Assembly (NCBI GenBank): GCA_016700315.1
Contig: CP065013.1
Coordinates: forward strand, 129,449-193,448
Reading direction: 5' to 3'
DNA: 64,000 nt
Source of the DNA: Candidatus Saccharimonadota bacterium
GTDB lineage: Bacteria > Patescibacteriota > Saccharimonadia > Saccharimonadales > SZUA-47
Below the pieces are notes generated by a model, which was given only the letters and a program-made list of their open reading frames with translations, had not been told where the DNA came from and searched no databases. Below are positions 25,685 through 34,750 of this stretch, piece after piece. Positions within the stretch are counted from its first letter, which is position 1, and each line of letters begins with the position of its first letter. Made by a program: the position numbers and the translations under genes.

Positions 25685-28600
25685 TTAGTTTGTGTAGAGG
25701 TAGCTTACTTCGCCTACCCTGACCCCGTTATTACTTAGTGATAGAGTCTTAAAGCTTACGGTAATTATATCATTCGCCGCAAAACTACAGCCAGTTAGAG
25801 TGACTGACTGTTCAGTCCAGGTATTAGCCGTGCCAGGGAGAACAGAGACACTGGTAGCACATGCTGTTCCAGCATTATCACGAACCGTAACTTGTATGTC
25901 ATTATTAGCCGTGCTGGTCGAAGCACCGTAAACCCAGACTTTGAATGTACCAAAGCCTGAGCGATAGTCGCTAGGGATCTGATTTCGCACCACTATATCG
26001 TAGTCCTGGAGTGATGCCTGAGAACTGCTCCAGCTGTAGTAGTTGTGGCGATTTGTACCATCGTAGTCTGAGGACATGACACCGCTATTGTTGGTCCCGT
26101 CCGCAGTAAGTGTCCCGCCAGCAAACTCAGGGATCATGTAAATCTTTCTGCTGTTGAAATTGTTACTGCAATCACCCCAGTTACCGTTCTGGTAACAGCG
26201 CATCTTACCAGTGCTACTGTTGTAGTACATCGCACCGTTTACTCCGGTAGGGTCGGTTGCATCAGTCTTTGTGTCGAGAACTAATAGTGTCCCTGCTGTG
26301 TCGGAAACGCCAATCTGTACTTGCCCATCGAACTGAGATATTCCACTATCAACCCACAGTGCGTATGTGCTAGCCCCTTCAACATATACACCATAGTTAT
26401 TTGTACCCGAAGTCTGGTTCCTAACCAATACGCCATAGCTGTTGGTTATGGTGGAGGATGCACCCTTAATTGGGTTTTCTGCCATTAGGCCTACGGTTGA
26501 ACTAAGAGTAAATGCTACGTTAGATGTATCGACTCGCCCATATATGCCAACACCAGAATTAGGGCTAGTTGGGTTATCTATGTATGGTATGCCCGTAACA
26601 CCGTAACAGCCGAAGTTACAAGCAACCGTTGATCCAAAAGTGCTCTTTACTCGTAAGCCTTCGTTAGACACTTGTGCGGAGCCAATTCCAACATTACCTT
26701 CTCCGCCAACTATCAACCCAGTATAAGCTCCATTATTTACTGTGGCTCTAAGAGCATATTGGCTAGAGCTAGAGGACTGAATGTCAATAGAAACACCATT
26801 AGCTGTAGAGTTTGCTGCATCGAGCGTTGCAAGGTTTCCAGTGCCTGAGCCGGTAACGTTTAGAACAGCACCGGTTGATCCTGTAAACTGTTGGTTAAGC
26901 TCTAAGATATTTGAGGTGTCAGTACAAGTACCGACGGTTTGTGTACAGTTTGACTGAAGATTGGCCAGATCACCAGTTATGTTTAGCGTCGCACTGGTGG
27001 CGTTAACGGTATTGGATCTAGAGACGTTCAGCCAACGGCCTGAGTCTGTTTGTGTTGCAGAAGCCGTGGCTAGCGTTCGCGCAGGTGAAACGTTGAGCCA
27101 ATTGCCAGTAAACCCAGCTGTAATACTGCTGGCTGTACTTCCGATGTTAACTGCAGAAGTATTCGTTGCGGCGTTATTTGTTGCAAGATAGAGCAAACCA
27201 CTAGATGCTCCCGTACCTGCATTTGTAATAGTAAGAACGTTTGCTGCACCAGTGGAGTTTTGAGTAAGACTCAGCAAGGCCGCAGTAGAGCCCAGATCGT
27301 TATTAGTTATGTTAGCTAGAGCGGTACTGCTGTCATTGGTTGCATCGTTAGCTTGAGTGATATTCAGAAGATTTGTCGAACGCGCTCCACCACTAAGATC
27401 GCTGTTCAGTACTAGACTTCCGGCATTCGCTCCGTTGAATGTAGCTGCTCGTGCTGCAGTTACACTAAGTATCGAACTACCGCTATTCTGCAGATCTAAC
27501 AAGGTTCCTCCTGTAGCCGTTGTTAGTAAGGCCGTACCCGTATTATTACCATTATCTATCTTGAGCACACCACTAGCTACCGCACTACTAGAGTTCGTAA
27601 AACCATAGAGGTAGTTTGAAGCCGTAACAGACAGGGTTGAAGTATCGGCGGCGTTTTTTGCAAGGTAGTTACCGCCGCTTGATGGTGCAAACGCAGTACA
27701 AGTTAGAGTGTCGCCTATAGTAGTAACAGCCGTACCAGCTGCACAGGCTGTTGGGTAGTTAGATAAAGCTGTCCAGTCTACTGTACCAGCAGAGCTAATG
27801 GTAATAGCGTCATTGATGTAGGCATCAGCTATGACACTACCCTGCCAAGTACCGGCTGTAACGACGCCAGAGCTGTTAATTTGGAACAAGTCACCGTTAC
27901 CAACAGTGAATAGCGATGCAGGTGTCATGTCACCTATGCCAAAGTTACCAGCATTAATATAGCTGACCGAGGAATCCGCCCTGAGCCTGACTGTGTTAGT
28001 GCCAGCGCTATATAAGTCCAAAATACCAACGTTACCCACACCCGAACCGTCATAAAGACTGGCGGTTAGGGTACCTGTGTCACGCACCTCAAAAGAGCCT
28101 TGACCTGCAGTTGATGATGAGCGAACTGCACCAACTACCTCAAGTGGTGTGGCAGGGTTAGTCAAGCCAACACCAACCCTGTTGTTGGTAGCGTCTACAT
28201 ATAAGGTGTTGGTGTCGACCGCTAGGTTATTTGTAACCACAGCGTTCCCCAAGTTGTCTACCGTGAATAGGTCAGTTCCACCGTTATTCTCTACTACAAA
28301 GATATTGGATGTTTGAGTACCGTTAGCTTGGACCAGAAGTTGTATCTCGTCACTATCTCCATCTACAGCTAACTTAGCTAGGGCTACGGCTGAGCCGATG
28401 GTTACATCGTCAGTGCTGGTTTGTAGAGTGACAAGTGTACCAGTGTCGGTGAAACCAGAGGTGTTGGTGCCAACATTGTCTGTGGCACAGGCCCAGGCTG
28501 AACCGTTCCACTTCATGATGTCGTTAGTGCTACAGCCGTTCTGGGCGATGTTGCTAAAGAGGATAGTAGCACTAGCTAGATCAGTACCAGTAACTGTACC

Positions 28601-31600
28601 GTCGGTTATCTCACTACTGTCTATGCTTGAACCAAAGTCATTAAGTAGAGTCAGAGTAACTGTACCACCAAGGCTAACCGTGCCACCACCAGTTAGGCCA
28701 GTACCGGCTGTAACAGTGATGCCGCTGTTGACTAGTTTAGCGTTAGTAATAGTACCGTCAGCAATATCTGCAGCTACAATGGTGCCATCGACTATCTCGC
28801 TACTGTCTATGCTAGTTCCTAGTGTAGCGGCAATGGTTAGAGTATCTGTAGTACCGTTACCAGTAATAGTAATACCAGCTCCATCACTTAGAGTTAGAGT
28901 ATCTGTACTGCTATCTGCTACTGGGTTGGTGCCGTTAGATACAGCTATTGTTTCGAAGGAGTTACCTGCTCCGCCGCCCGTTGCATCAGTTGCACAGGCC
29001 CAGGCTGAACCGTTCCACTTCATGATGTCGTTAGTGCTACAGCCGTTCTGGGCGATGTTACTAAAGAGGATGGTTGAGCTGGCGATGTCAGTACCTATGA
29101 CAGTACCGTCAGTTATCTCGCTAGATTCTATGGTTTGACCTAGTTTAGTCACGTTAGCACTTAGTGCACCGTCAGCTACACTACCTGATGAGCTAATAGT
29201 TAGAGCATCACTAATGTTAGTGTCGGTTAATTGTCCAGTGTAGCTTAGACTACCTAGAGCTAGAGTACCGCTGCTGAGAGTGCCGGTGTTATCTGCATCG
29301 AAGATGTAGGCTTCAACTTGAGCTTCGGTTAGAACAGTATCCGAATCTGCATCTGTACCACAGTACCAAGCAGTACCATTGAACTTAATTACTTCTCCAT
29401 TATTACAAGAGTTACTAGCAATGTCGGCGAAGGTAATAGTACCGTTAGCAATATCTGCACTGCTGACTTCACCGTCAGTTATCTCACTAGATTCGATGCT
29501 AGTACCTAGGGTTGAGCTAATGACATTACCGCCGCTGATGTTAATGCCAGTACCAGCTGTGTAGGTAGTGTCGGTGTCAGTGTCGGTATCACAATTCCAG
29601 CCAGCAGCTAGTGGGCCAGCACCATCTGGATCGGTTGTGTAGTACTTGAGGACTTGAGCATCAGTGCTACAGGCAGCTAGTTTAGCAGTAGTGACTGCAC
29701 CGGCGTTAATAAGGGCGGTGGTTATGGCATTGTTAGCAATGTCGGCAGTAGCAATAGTACCGTCGACTATCTCGCTGCTGTCGATGCTGGTGCCAAGTGA
29801 AGACTGTAAGGTAACTGTACCACCAAGGCTAACCGTGCCACCACCAGTTAGGCCAGTACCGGCTGTGACGGTGACGCTACTGTTAACTAGTTTAGCGTTA
29901 GTAATAGTACCATCAGCAATATCTGCAGCTACAATGGTGCCGTCGACTATCTCGCTACTGTCTATGCTAGTTCCAAGTACAGCAGCAACTGTTAGAGTGT
30001 CGGTTGTAGCATCACCAGTTATGGTAATACCTGAACCTTCAGCGATGGTTATAGTGTCTGTAGTGCTATCTGCAACTGGGTCGGTGCCATTAGGTGCATC
30101 AAAGGTAGCGAAGGTATTAGTACCACTACCAGTGTTGTCTGTGGCACAGGCCCAGGCTGAACCGTTCCACTTCATGATGTCGTTAGTGCTACAGCCGTTC
30201 TGGGCGATGTTGCTAAAGAGGATAGTAGCACTAGCTAGATCAGTACCAGTAACTGTACCGTCTGTTATCTCGCTGCTGTCGATGCTGGTGCCAAGTGAAG
30301 ACTGTAAGGTAACTGTGCCACCAAGGCTGACACTACCACCACCAGTTAGTCCAGTACCAGCCGTAACTGTTATAGCGCTGTTAGCTAATTGAGAGTTAGT
30401 GATACCAGCAGAAGCTGAGATATCTGTAGTGGTAATAGTACCGTTAGCAATATCTGCACTGCTGACTTCACCGTCAGTTATCTCACTAGATTCGATGCTA
30501 GTACCTAGGGTTGAGCTAATGACATTACCGCCGCTGATGTTAATGCCAGTACCAGCTGTGTAGGTAGTGTCGGTGTCAGTGTCGGTATCACAATTCCAGC
30601 CAGCAGCTAGTGGGCCAGCACCATCTGGATCGGTTGTGTAGTACTTGAGGATTTGGCTGTCACTGCTACAGGCAGCTAGTTTAGCAGTAGTGACTGCACC
30701 GGCGTTAATAAGGGCGGTGGTTATGGCATTGTTAGCAATGTCGGCAGTAGCAATAGTACCGTCGACTATCTCGCTGCTGTCGATGCTGGTGCCAAGCGTT
30801 GTTTGTAGGGAGTTGCCAGAAATAGTCAGACCAGTACCAGTAAGGTCGGTGAAGGCATCCCCATTTACAGTAAAGGTGTCCCCAGTCTCTAGAGTAAGCC
30901 CACCATTCAATGTCGTAAGCCCAGTTACGGTTAGGCTTCCCGAGAAAGTAGCAGCCCCAGCACTGGATATTGTTAAGCGATCTACATTATTAGTCTCGAG
31001 TGCAAAGGCTGAAGAGTCATTAGTGCCAACAGTCAGCGGACCCGTCTGCCCGCCGTTATACACATCGCCTGCCCCGTTACCAGAACCAGCACAATTACCA
31101 CTGGTAGTACACACTACTGATGTATCAATTGCTAGGGCTCCTGAAGAAACTAACAAACCAGTACCAGTAAGATCAGTAAAAGCGTCCCCATTGACGGTCA
31201 GTGTGTCTCCTGTTTCAAGAGTGAGACCACCATTAGCTGTTAGTAGTCCTGTAATGGTCGGGCTAGATACTAATGCGACAGTTACCGTATCAGTTGCGCC
31301 AGCAGTAGTGCTAATGTTGCTTCCTGCTGCAATTGTAATGGTGTCTGTGTCACTTATTGTTTGGCTAGTACCAGAGCTACCTGCCAATGTCAGACTAGTA
31401 AAGCCGCCGCCGCCAGCCGTACAGCTGCCCCAAACGGCCGTTGTTCCGTCGCTTAGAAGACACTGGTTATTTGAGCCAATACCCAGCTTTGTCCAGGTAT
31501 TTGACGTTGCGCCGCCTAGCAGTAAGTCACCTTGTGCGACCGTACTTTGACCAGTGCCTCCATTGCCTGCGCCTAGTACGCCATTGACCTCAGCTGTGTT

Positions 31601-34600
31601 TAGGTCAATCGTTGAACCAAAAAAGTTATTCAATGTTACTGACCCACCTAGCGAAACTGAACCACCTCCTGTCAATCCTGTCCCAGCAGTTACTGTGACT
31701 GAGCTATTTGCAAGATCGACATTTGCTATCGTTCCATCTGCTATATCGGCTGACAATATTGTGCCGTCGACGATCTCACTTGTTGTAATATCTGCACCGA
31801 GAGTAGCAGCGATAGTCAGTGTATCAGTGGTGCCATCGCCCGTGATAGTAACACCTGATCCTTGAGCAAAAGTTATAGTATCCGTTGTTGAATCAGCAAC
31901 AGGGTTAGTGCCATTTGGTGTGGCAAAGGTAGCAAATGTGTCAGTTCCCGAGCCCGTTGCATCAGTTGCACAGGCCCAGGCTGAACCGTTCCACTTCATG
32001 ATGTCGTTAGTGCTACAGCCGTTCTGGGCGATGTTACTAAAGAGGATGGTTGAGCTGGCGATGTCAGTACCTATGACAGTACCGTCAGTTATCTCGCTAG
32101 ATTCTATGGTTTGACCTAGTTTAGTCACGTTAGCACTTAGTGCACCGTCAGCTACACTACCTGATGAGCTAATAGTTAGAGCATCACTAATGTTAGTGTC
32201 GGTTAATTGTCCAGTGTAGCTTAGACTACCTAGAGCTAGAGTACCGCTGCTGAGAGTGCCGGTGTTATCTGCATCGAAGATGTAGGCTTCAACTTGAGCT
32301 TCGGTTAGAACAGTATCCGAATCTGCATCTGTACCACAGTACCAAGCAGTACCATTGAACTTAATTACTTCTCCATTATTACAAGAGTTACTAGCAATGT
32401 CGGCGAAGGTAATAGTACCGTTAGCAATATCTGCACTGCTGACTTCACCGTCAGTTATCTCACTAGATTCAATGCTAGTACCTAGTGTTGAGCTAATGAC
32501 ATTACCGCCGCTGATGTTAATGCCAGTACCAGCTGTGTAGGTAGTGTCGGTGTCAGTGTCGGTATCACAATTCCAGCCAGCAGCTAGTGGGCCAGCACCG
32601 TCTGGATCAGTTGTGTAGTACTTGAGGATTTGGCTGTCACTGCTACAGTTAGCTAGTTTAGCTAGAGTGACTGCACCGTCAGTGATGTCTACAGTAGCAA
32701 TAGTACCGTTGGCAATATCTGCGCTAGTGATGGTGCCGTCTAGTATCTCGTCACTAGTAACAGCATCAGTATTAATATCTGCTGCGGTTATAGTGTTGTC
32801 TGCTATTAGGGTGGAGGTAATAGCACTAGTAGCTATGTTAGAAGTAGTAATAGTTGAGCTAGCAATGTCAGTACCAGTAACTGTACCGTCGGTTATCTCA
32901 CTACTGTCTATGCTTGAACCAAAGTCATTAAGTAGAGTCAGAGTAACTGTACCACCAAGGCTAACCGTGCCACCACCAGTTAGGCCAGTACCGGCTGTAA
33001 CAGTGATGCCGCTGTTGACTAGTTTAGCGTTAGTAATAGTAGCGTCAGCAATATCTGCAGCTACAATGGTGCCATCGACTATCTCGCTACTGTCTATGCT
33101 AGTTCCTAGTGTAGCGGCAATGGTTAGAGTATCTGTAGTACCGTTACCAGTAATAGTAATACCAGCTCCATCACTTAGGGTTAGAGTATCTGTACTGCTA
33201 TCTGCTACTGGGTTAGTACCGTTAGATACAGCGATTGTTTCGAAGGAGTTACCTGCTCCGCCGCCCGTTGCATCAGTTGCACAGGCCCAGGCTGAACCGT
33301 TCCACTTCATGATGTCGTTAGTGCTACAGCCGTTCTGGGCGATGTTACTAAAGAGGATGGTTGAGCTGGCGATGTCAGTACCTATGACAGTACCGTCAGT
33401 TATCTCGCTAGATTCTATGGTTTGACCTAGTTTAGTCACGTTAGCACTTAGTGCACCGTCAGCTACACTACCTGATGAGCTAATAGTTAGAGCATCACTA
33501 ATGTTAGTGTCGGTTAATTGTCCAGTGTAGCTTAGACTACCTAGAGCTAGAGTACCGCTGCTGAGAGTGCCGGTGTTATCTGCATCGAAGATGTAGGCTT
33601 CAACTTGAGCTTCGGTTAGAACAGTATCCGAATCTGCATCTGTACCACAGTACCAAGCAGTACCATTGAACTTAATTACTTCTCCATTATTACAAGAGTT
33701 ACTAGCAATGTCGGCGAAGGTAATAGTACCGTTAGCAATATCTGCACTGCTGACTTCACCGTCAGTTATCTCACTAGATTCGATGCTAGTACCTAGGGTT
33801 GAGCTAATGACATTACCGCCGCTGATGTTAATGCCAGTACCAGCTGTGTAGGTAGTGTCGGTGTCAGTGTCGGTATCACAATTCCAGCCAGCAGCTAGTG
33901 GGCCAGCACCGTCTGGATCAGTTGTGTAGTACTTGAGGATTTGGCTGTCACTGCTACAGTTAGCTAGCTTAGCTAGAGTGACTGCACCGTCAGTGATGTC
34001 TACAGTAGCAATAGTACCGTTGGCAATATCTGCGCTAGTGATGGTGCCGTCTAGTATCTCGTCACTAGTAACAGCATCAGTATTAATATCTGCTGCGGTT
34101 ATAGTGTTGTCTGCTATTAGGGTGGAGGTAATAGCACTAGTAGCTATGTTAGAAGTAGTAATAGTTGAGCTAGCAATGTCAGTACCAGTAATTGTACCAT
34201 CAGTTATCTCACTACTGTCTATGCTTGAACCAAAGTCATTAAGTAGAGTCAGAGTAACTGTACCACCAAGGCTAACCGTGCCACCACCAGTTAGGCCAGT
34301 ACCGGCTGTAACAGTGATGCCGCTGTTGACTAGTTTAGCGTTAGTAATAGTAGCGTCAGCAATATCTGCAGCTACAATGGTGCCATCGACTATCTCGCTA
34401 CTGTCTATGCTAGTTCCTAGTGTAGCGGCAATGGTTAGAGTATCTGTCGTACCGTTACCAGTAATAGTAATACCAGCTCCATCACTTAGGGTTAGAGTAT
34501 CTGTACTACTATCTGCTACTGGGTTAGTACCGTTAGATACAGCGATTGTTTCGAAGGAGTTACCTGCTCCGCCGCCCGTTGCATCAGTTGCACAGGCCCA

Positions 34601-34750
34601 GGCTGAACCGTTCCACTTCATGATGTCATTAGTGCTACAGCCGTTCTGGGCGATGTTACTAAAGAGGATGGTTGAGCTGGCGATGTCAGTACCTATGACA
34701 GTACCGTCAGTTATCTCGCTAGATTCTATGGTTTGACCTAGTTTAGTCAC
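25685..34750 (-). CDS. Giant surface protein E, 3' segment (frame is open up to ~35815; the track start is only the first in-frame GTG)
   Basis: Same frame (end coordinate mod 3 = 1) as the 5' segment 38111-40711. I checked 34751-35797 codon by codon against the neighbouring repeat copy and found no stop. Ends with the class-1 C-terminal module. Confidence 0.8.
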   Translation of the reverse strand: MTKLGQTIESSEITDGTVIGTDIASSTILFSNIAQNGCSTNDIMKWNGSAWACATDATGGGAGNSFETIAVSNGTNPVADSSTDTLTLSDGAGITITGNGTTDTLTIAATLGTSIDSSEIVDGTIVAADIADATITNAKLVNSGITVTAGTGLTGGGTVSLGGTVTLTLLNDFGSSIDSSEITDGTITGTDIASSTITTSNIATSAITSTLIADNTITAADINTDAVTSDEILDGTITSADIANGTIATVDITDGAVTLAKLANCSSDSQILKYYTTDPDGAGPLAAGWNCDTDTDTDTTYTAGTGINISGGNVISSTLGTSIESSEITDGEVSSADIANGTITFADIASNSCNNGEVIKFNGTAWYCGTDADSDTVLTEAQVEAYIFDADNTGTLSSGTLALGSLSYTGQLTDTNISDALTISSSGSVADGALSANVTKLGQTIESSEITDGTVIGTDIASSTILFSNIAQNGCSTNDIMKWNGSAWACATDATGGGAGNSFETIAVSNGTNPVADSSTDTLTLSDGAGITITGNGTTDTLTIAATLGTSIDSSEIVDGTIVAADIADATITNAKLVNSGITVTAGTGLTGGGTVSLGGTVTLTLLNDFGSSIDSSEITDGTVTGTDIASSTITTSNIATSAITSTLIADNTITAADINTDAVTSDEILDGTITSADIANGTIATVDITDGAVTLAKLANCSSDSQILKYYTTDPDGAGPLAAGWNCDTDTDTDTTYTAGTGINISGGNVISSTLGTSIESSEITDGEVSSADIANGTITFADIASNSCNNGEVIKFNGTAWYCGTDADSDTVLTEAQVEAYIFDADNTGTLSSGTLALGSLSYTGQLTDTNISDALTISSSGSVADGALSANVTKLGQTIESSEITDGTVIGTDIASSTILFSNIAQNGCSTNDIMKWNGSAWACATDATGSGTDTFATFATPNGTNPVADSTTDTITFAQGSGVTITGDGTTDTLTIAATLGADITTSEIVDGTILSADIADGTIANVDLANSSVTVTAGTGLTGGGSVSLGGSVTLNNFFGSTIDLNTAEVNGVLGAGNGGTGQSTVAQGDLLLGGATSNTWTKLGIGSNNQCLLSDGTTAVWGSCTAGGGGFTSLTLAGSSGTSQTISDTDTITIAAGSNISTTAGATDTVTVALVSSPTITGLLTANGGLTLETGDTLTVNGDAFTDLTGTGLLVSSGALAIDTSVVCTTSGNCAGSGNGAGDVYNGGQTGPLTVGTNDSSAFALETNNVDRLTISSAGAATFSGSLTVTGLTTLNGGLTLETGDTFTVNGDAFTDLTGTGLTISGNSLQTTLGTSIDSSEIVDGTIATADIANNAITTALINAGAVTTAKLAACSSDSQILKYYTTDPDGAGPLAAGWNCDTDTDTDTTYTAGTGINISGGNVISSTLGTSIESSEITDGEVSSADIANGTITTTDISASAGITNSQLANSAITVTAGTGLTGGGSVSLGGTVTLQSSLGTSIDSSEITDGTVTGTDLASATILFSNIAQNGCSTNDIMKWNGSAWACATDNTGSGTNTFATFDAPNGTDPVADSTTDTITIAEGSGITITGDATTDTLTVAAVLGTSIDSSEIVDGTIVAADIADGTITNAKLVNSSVTVTAGTGLTGGGTVSLGGTVTLQSSLGTSIDSSEIVDGTIATADIANNAITTALINAGAVTTAKLAACSTDAQVLKYYTTDPDGAGPLAAGWNCDTDTDTDTTYTAGTGINISGGNVISSTLGTSIESSEITDGEVSSADIANGTITFADIASNSCNNGEVIKFNGTAWYCGTDADSDTVLTEAQVEAYIFDADNTGTLSSGTLALGSLSYTGQLTDTNISDALTISSSGSVADGALSANVTKLGQTIESSEITDGTVIGTDIASSTILFSNIAQNGCSTNDIMKWNGSAWACATDATGGGAGNSFETIAVSNGTNPVADSSTDTLTLSDGAGITITGNGTTDTLTIAATLGTSIDSSEIVDGTIVAADIADGTITNAKLVNSGITVTAGTGLTGGGTVSLGGTVTLTLLNDFGSSIDSSEITDGTVTGTDLASATILFSNIAQNGCSTNDIMKWNGSAWACATDNVGTNTSGFTDTGTLVTLQTSTDDVTIGSAVALAKLAVDGDSDEIQLLVQANGTQTSNIFVVENNGGTDLFTVDNLGNAVVTNNLAVDTNTLYVDATNNRVGVGLTNPATPLEVVGAVRSSSTAGQGSFEVRDTGTLTASLYDGSGVGNVGILDLYSAGTNTVRLRADSSVSYINAGNFGIGDMTPASLFTVGNGDLFQINSSGVVTAGTWQGSVIADAYINDAITISSAGTVDWTALSNYPTACAAGTAVTTIGDTLTCTAFAPSSGGNYLAKNAADTSTLSVTASNYLYGFTNSSSAVASGVLKIDNGNNTGTALLTTATGGTLLDLQNSGSSILSVTAARAATFNGANAGSLVLNSDLSGGARSTNLLNITQANDATNDSSTALANITNNDLGSTAALLSLTQNSTGAANVLTITNAGTGASSGLLYLATNNAATNTSAVNIGSTASSITAGFTGNWLNVSPARTLATASATQTDSGRWLNVSRSNTVNATSATLNITGDLANLQSNCTQTVGTCTDTSNILELNQQFTGSTGAVLNVTGSGTGNLATLDAANSTANGVSIDIQSSSSSQYALRATVNNGAYTGLIVGGEGNVGIGSAQVSNEGLRVKSTFGSTVACNFGCYGVTGIPYIDNPTSPNSGVGIYGRVDTSNVAFTLSSTVGLMAENPIKGASSTITNSYGVLVRNQTSGTNNYGVYVEGASTYALWVDSGISQFDGQVQIGVSDTAGTLLVLDTKTDATDPTGVNGAMYYNSSTGKMRCYQNGNWGDCSNNFNSRKIYMIPEFAGGTLTADGTNNSGVMSSDYDGTNRHNYYSWSSSQASLQDYDIVVRNQIPSDYRSGFGTFKVWVYGASTSTANNDIQVTVRDNAGTACATSVSVLPGTANTWTEQSVTLTGCSFAANDIITVSFKTLSLSNNGVRVGEVSYLYTN
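28480..30800 (-). repeat. Second block of the same repeat family within gene E (one near-identical unit plus diverged or partial units)
   Basis: 28980-29560 is essentially identical to 31950-32540. The landmark at 29379 lies 2,976 nt from the next copy, so this block is not in register with the main array. The ~1.15-kb unique segment 30800-31950 separates it from the main array. Confidence 0.8.
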
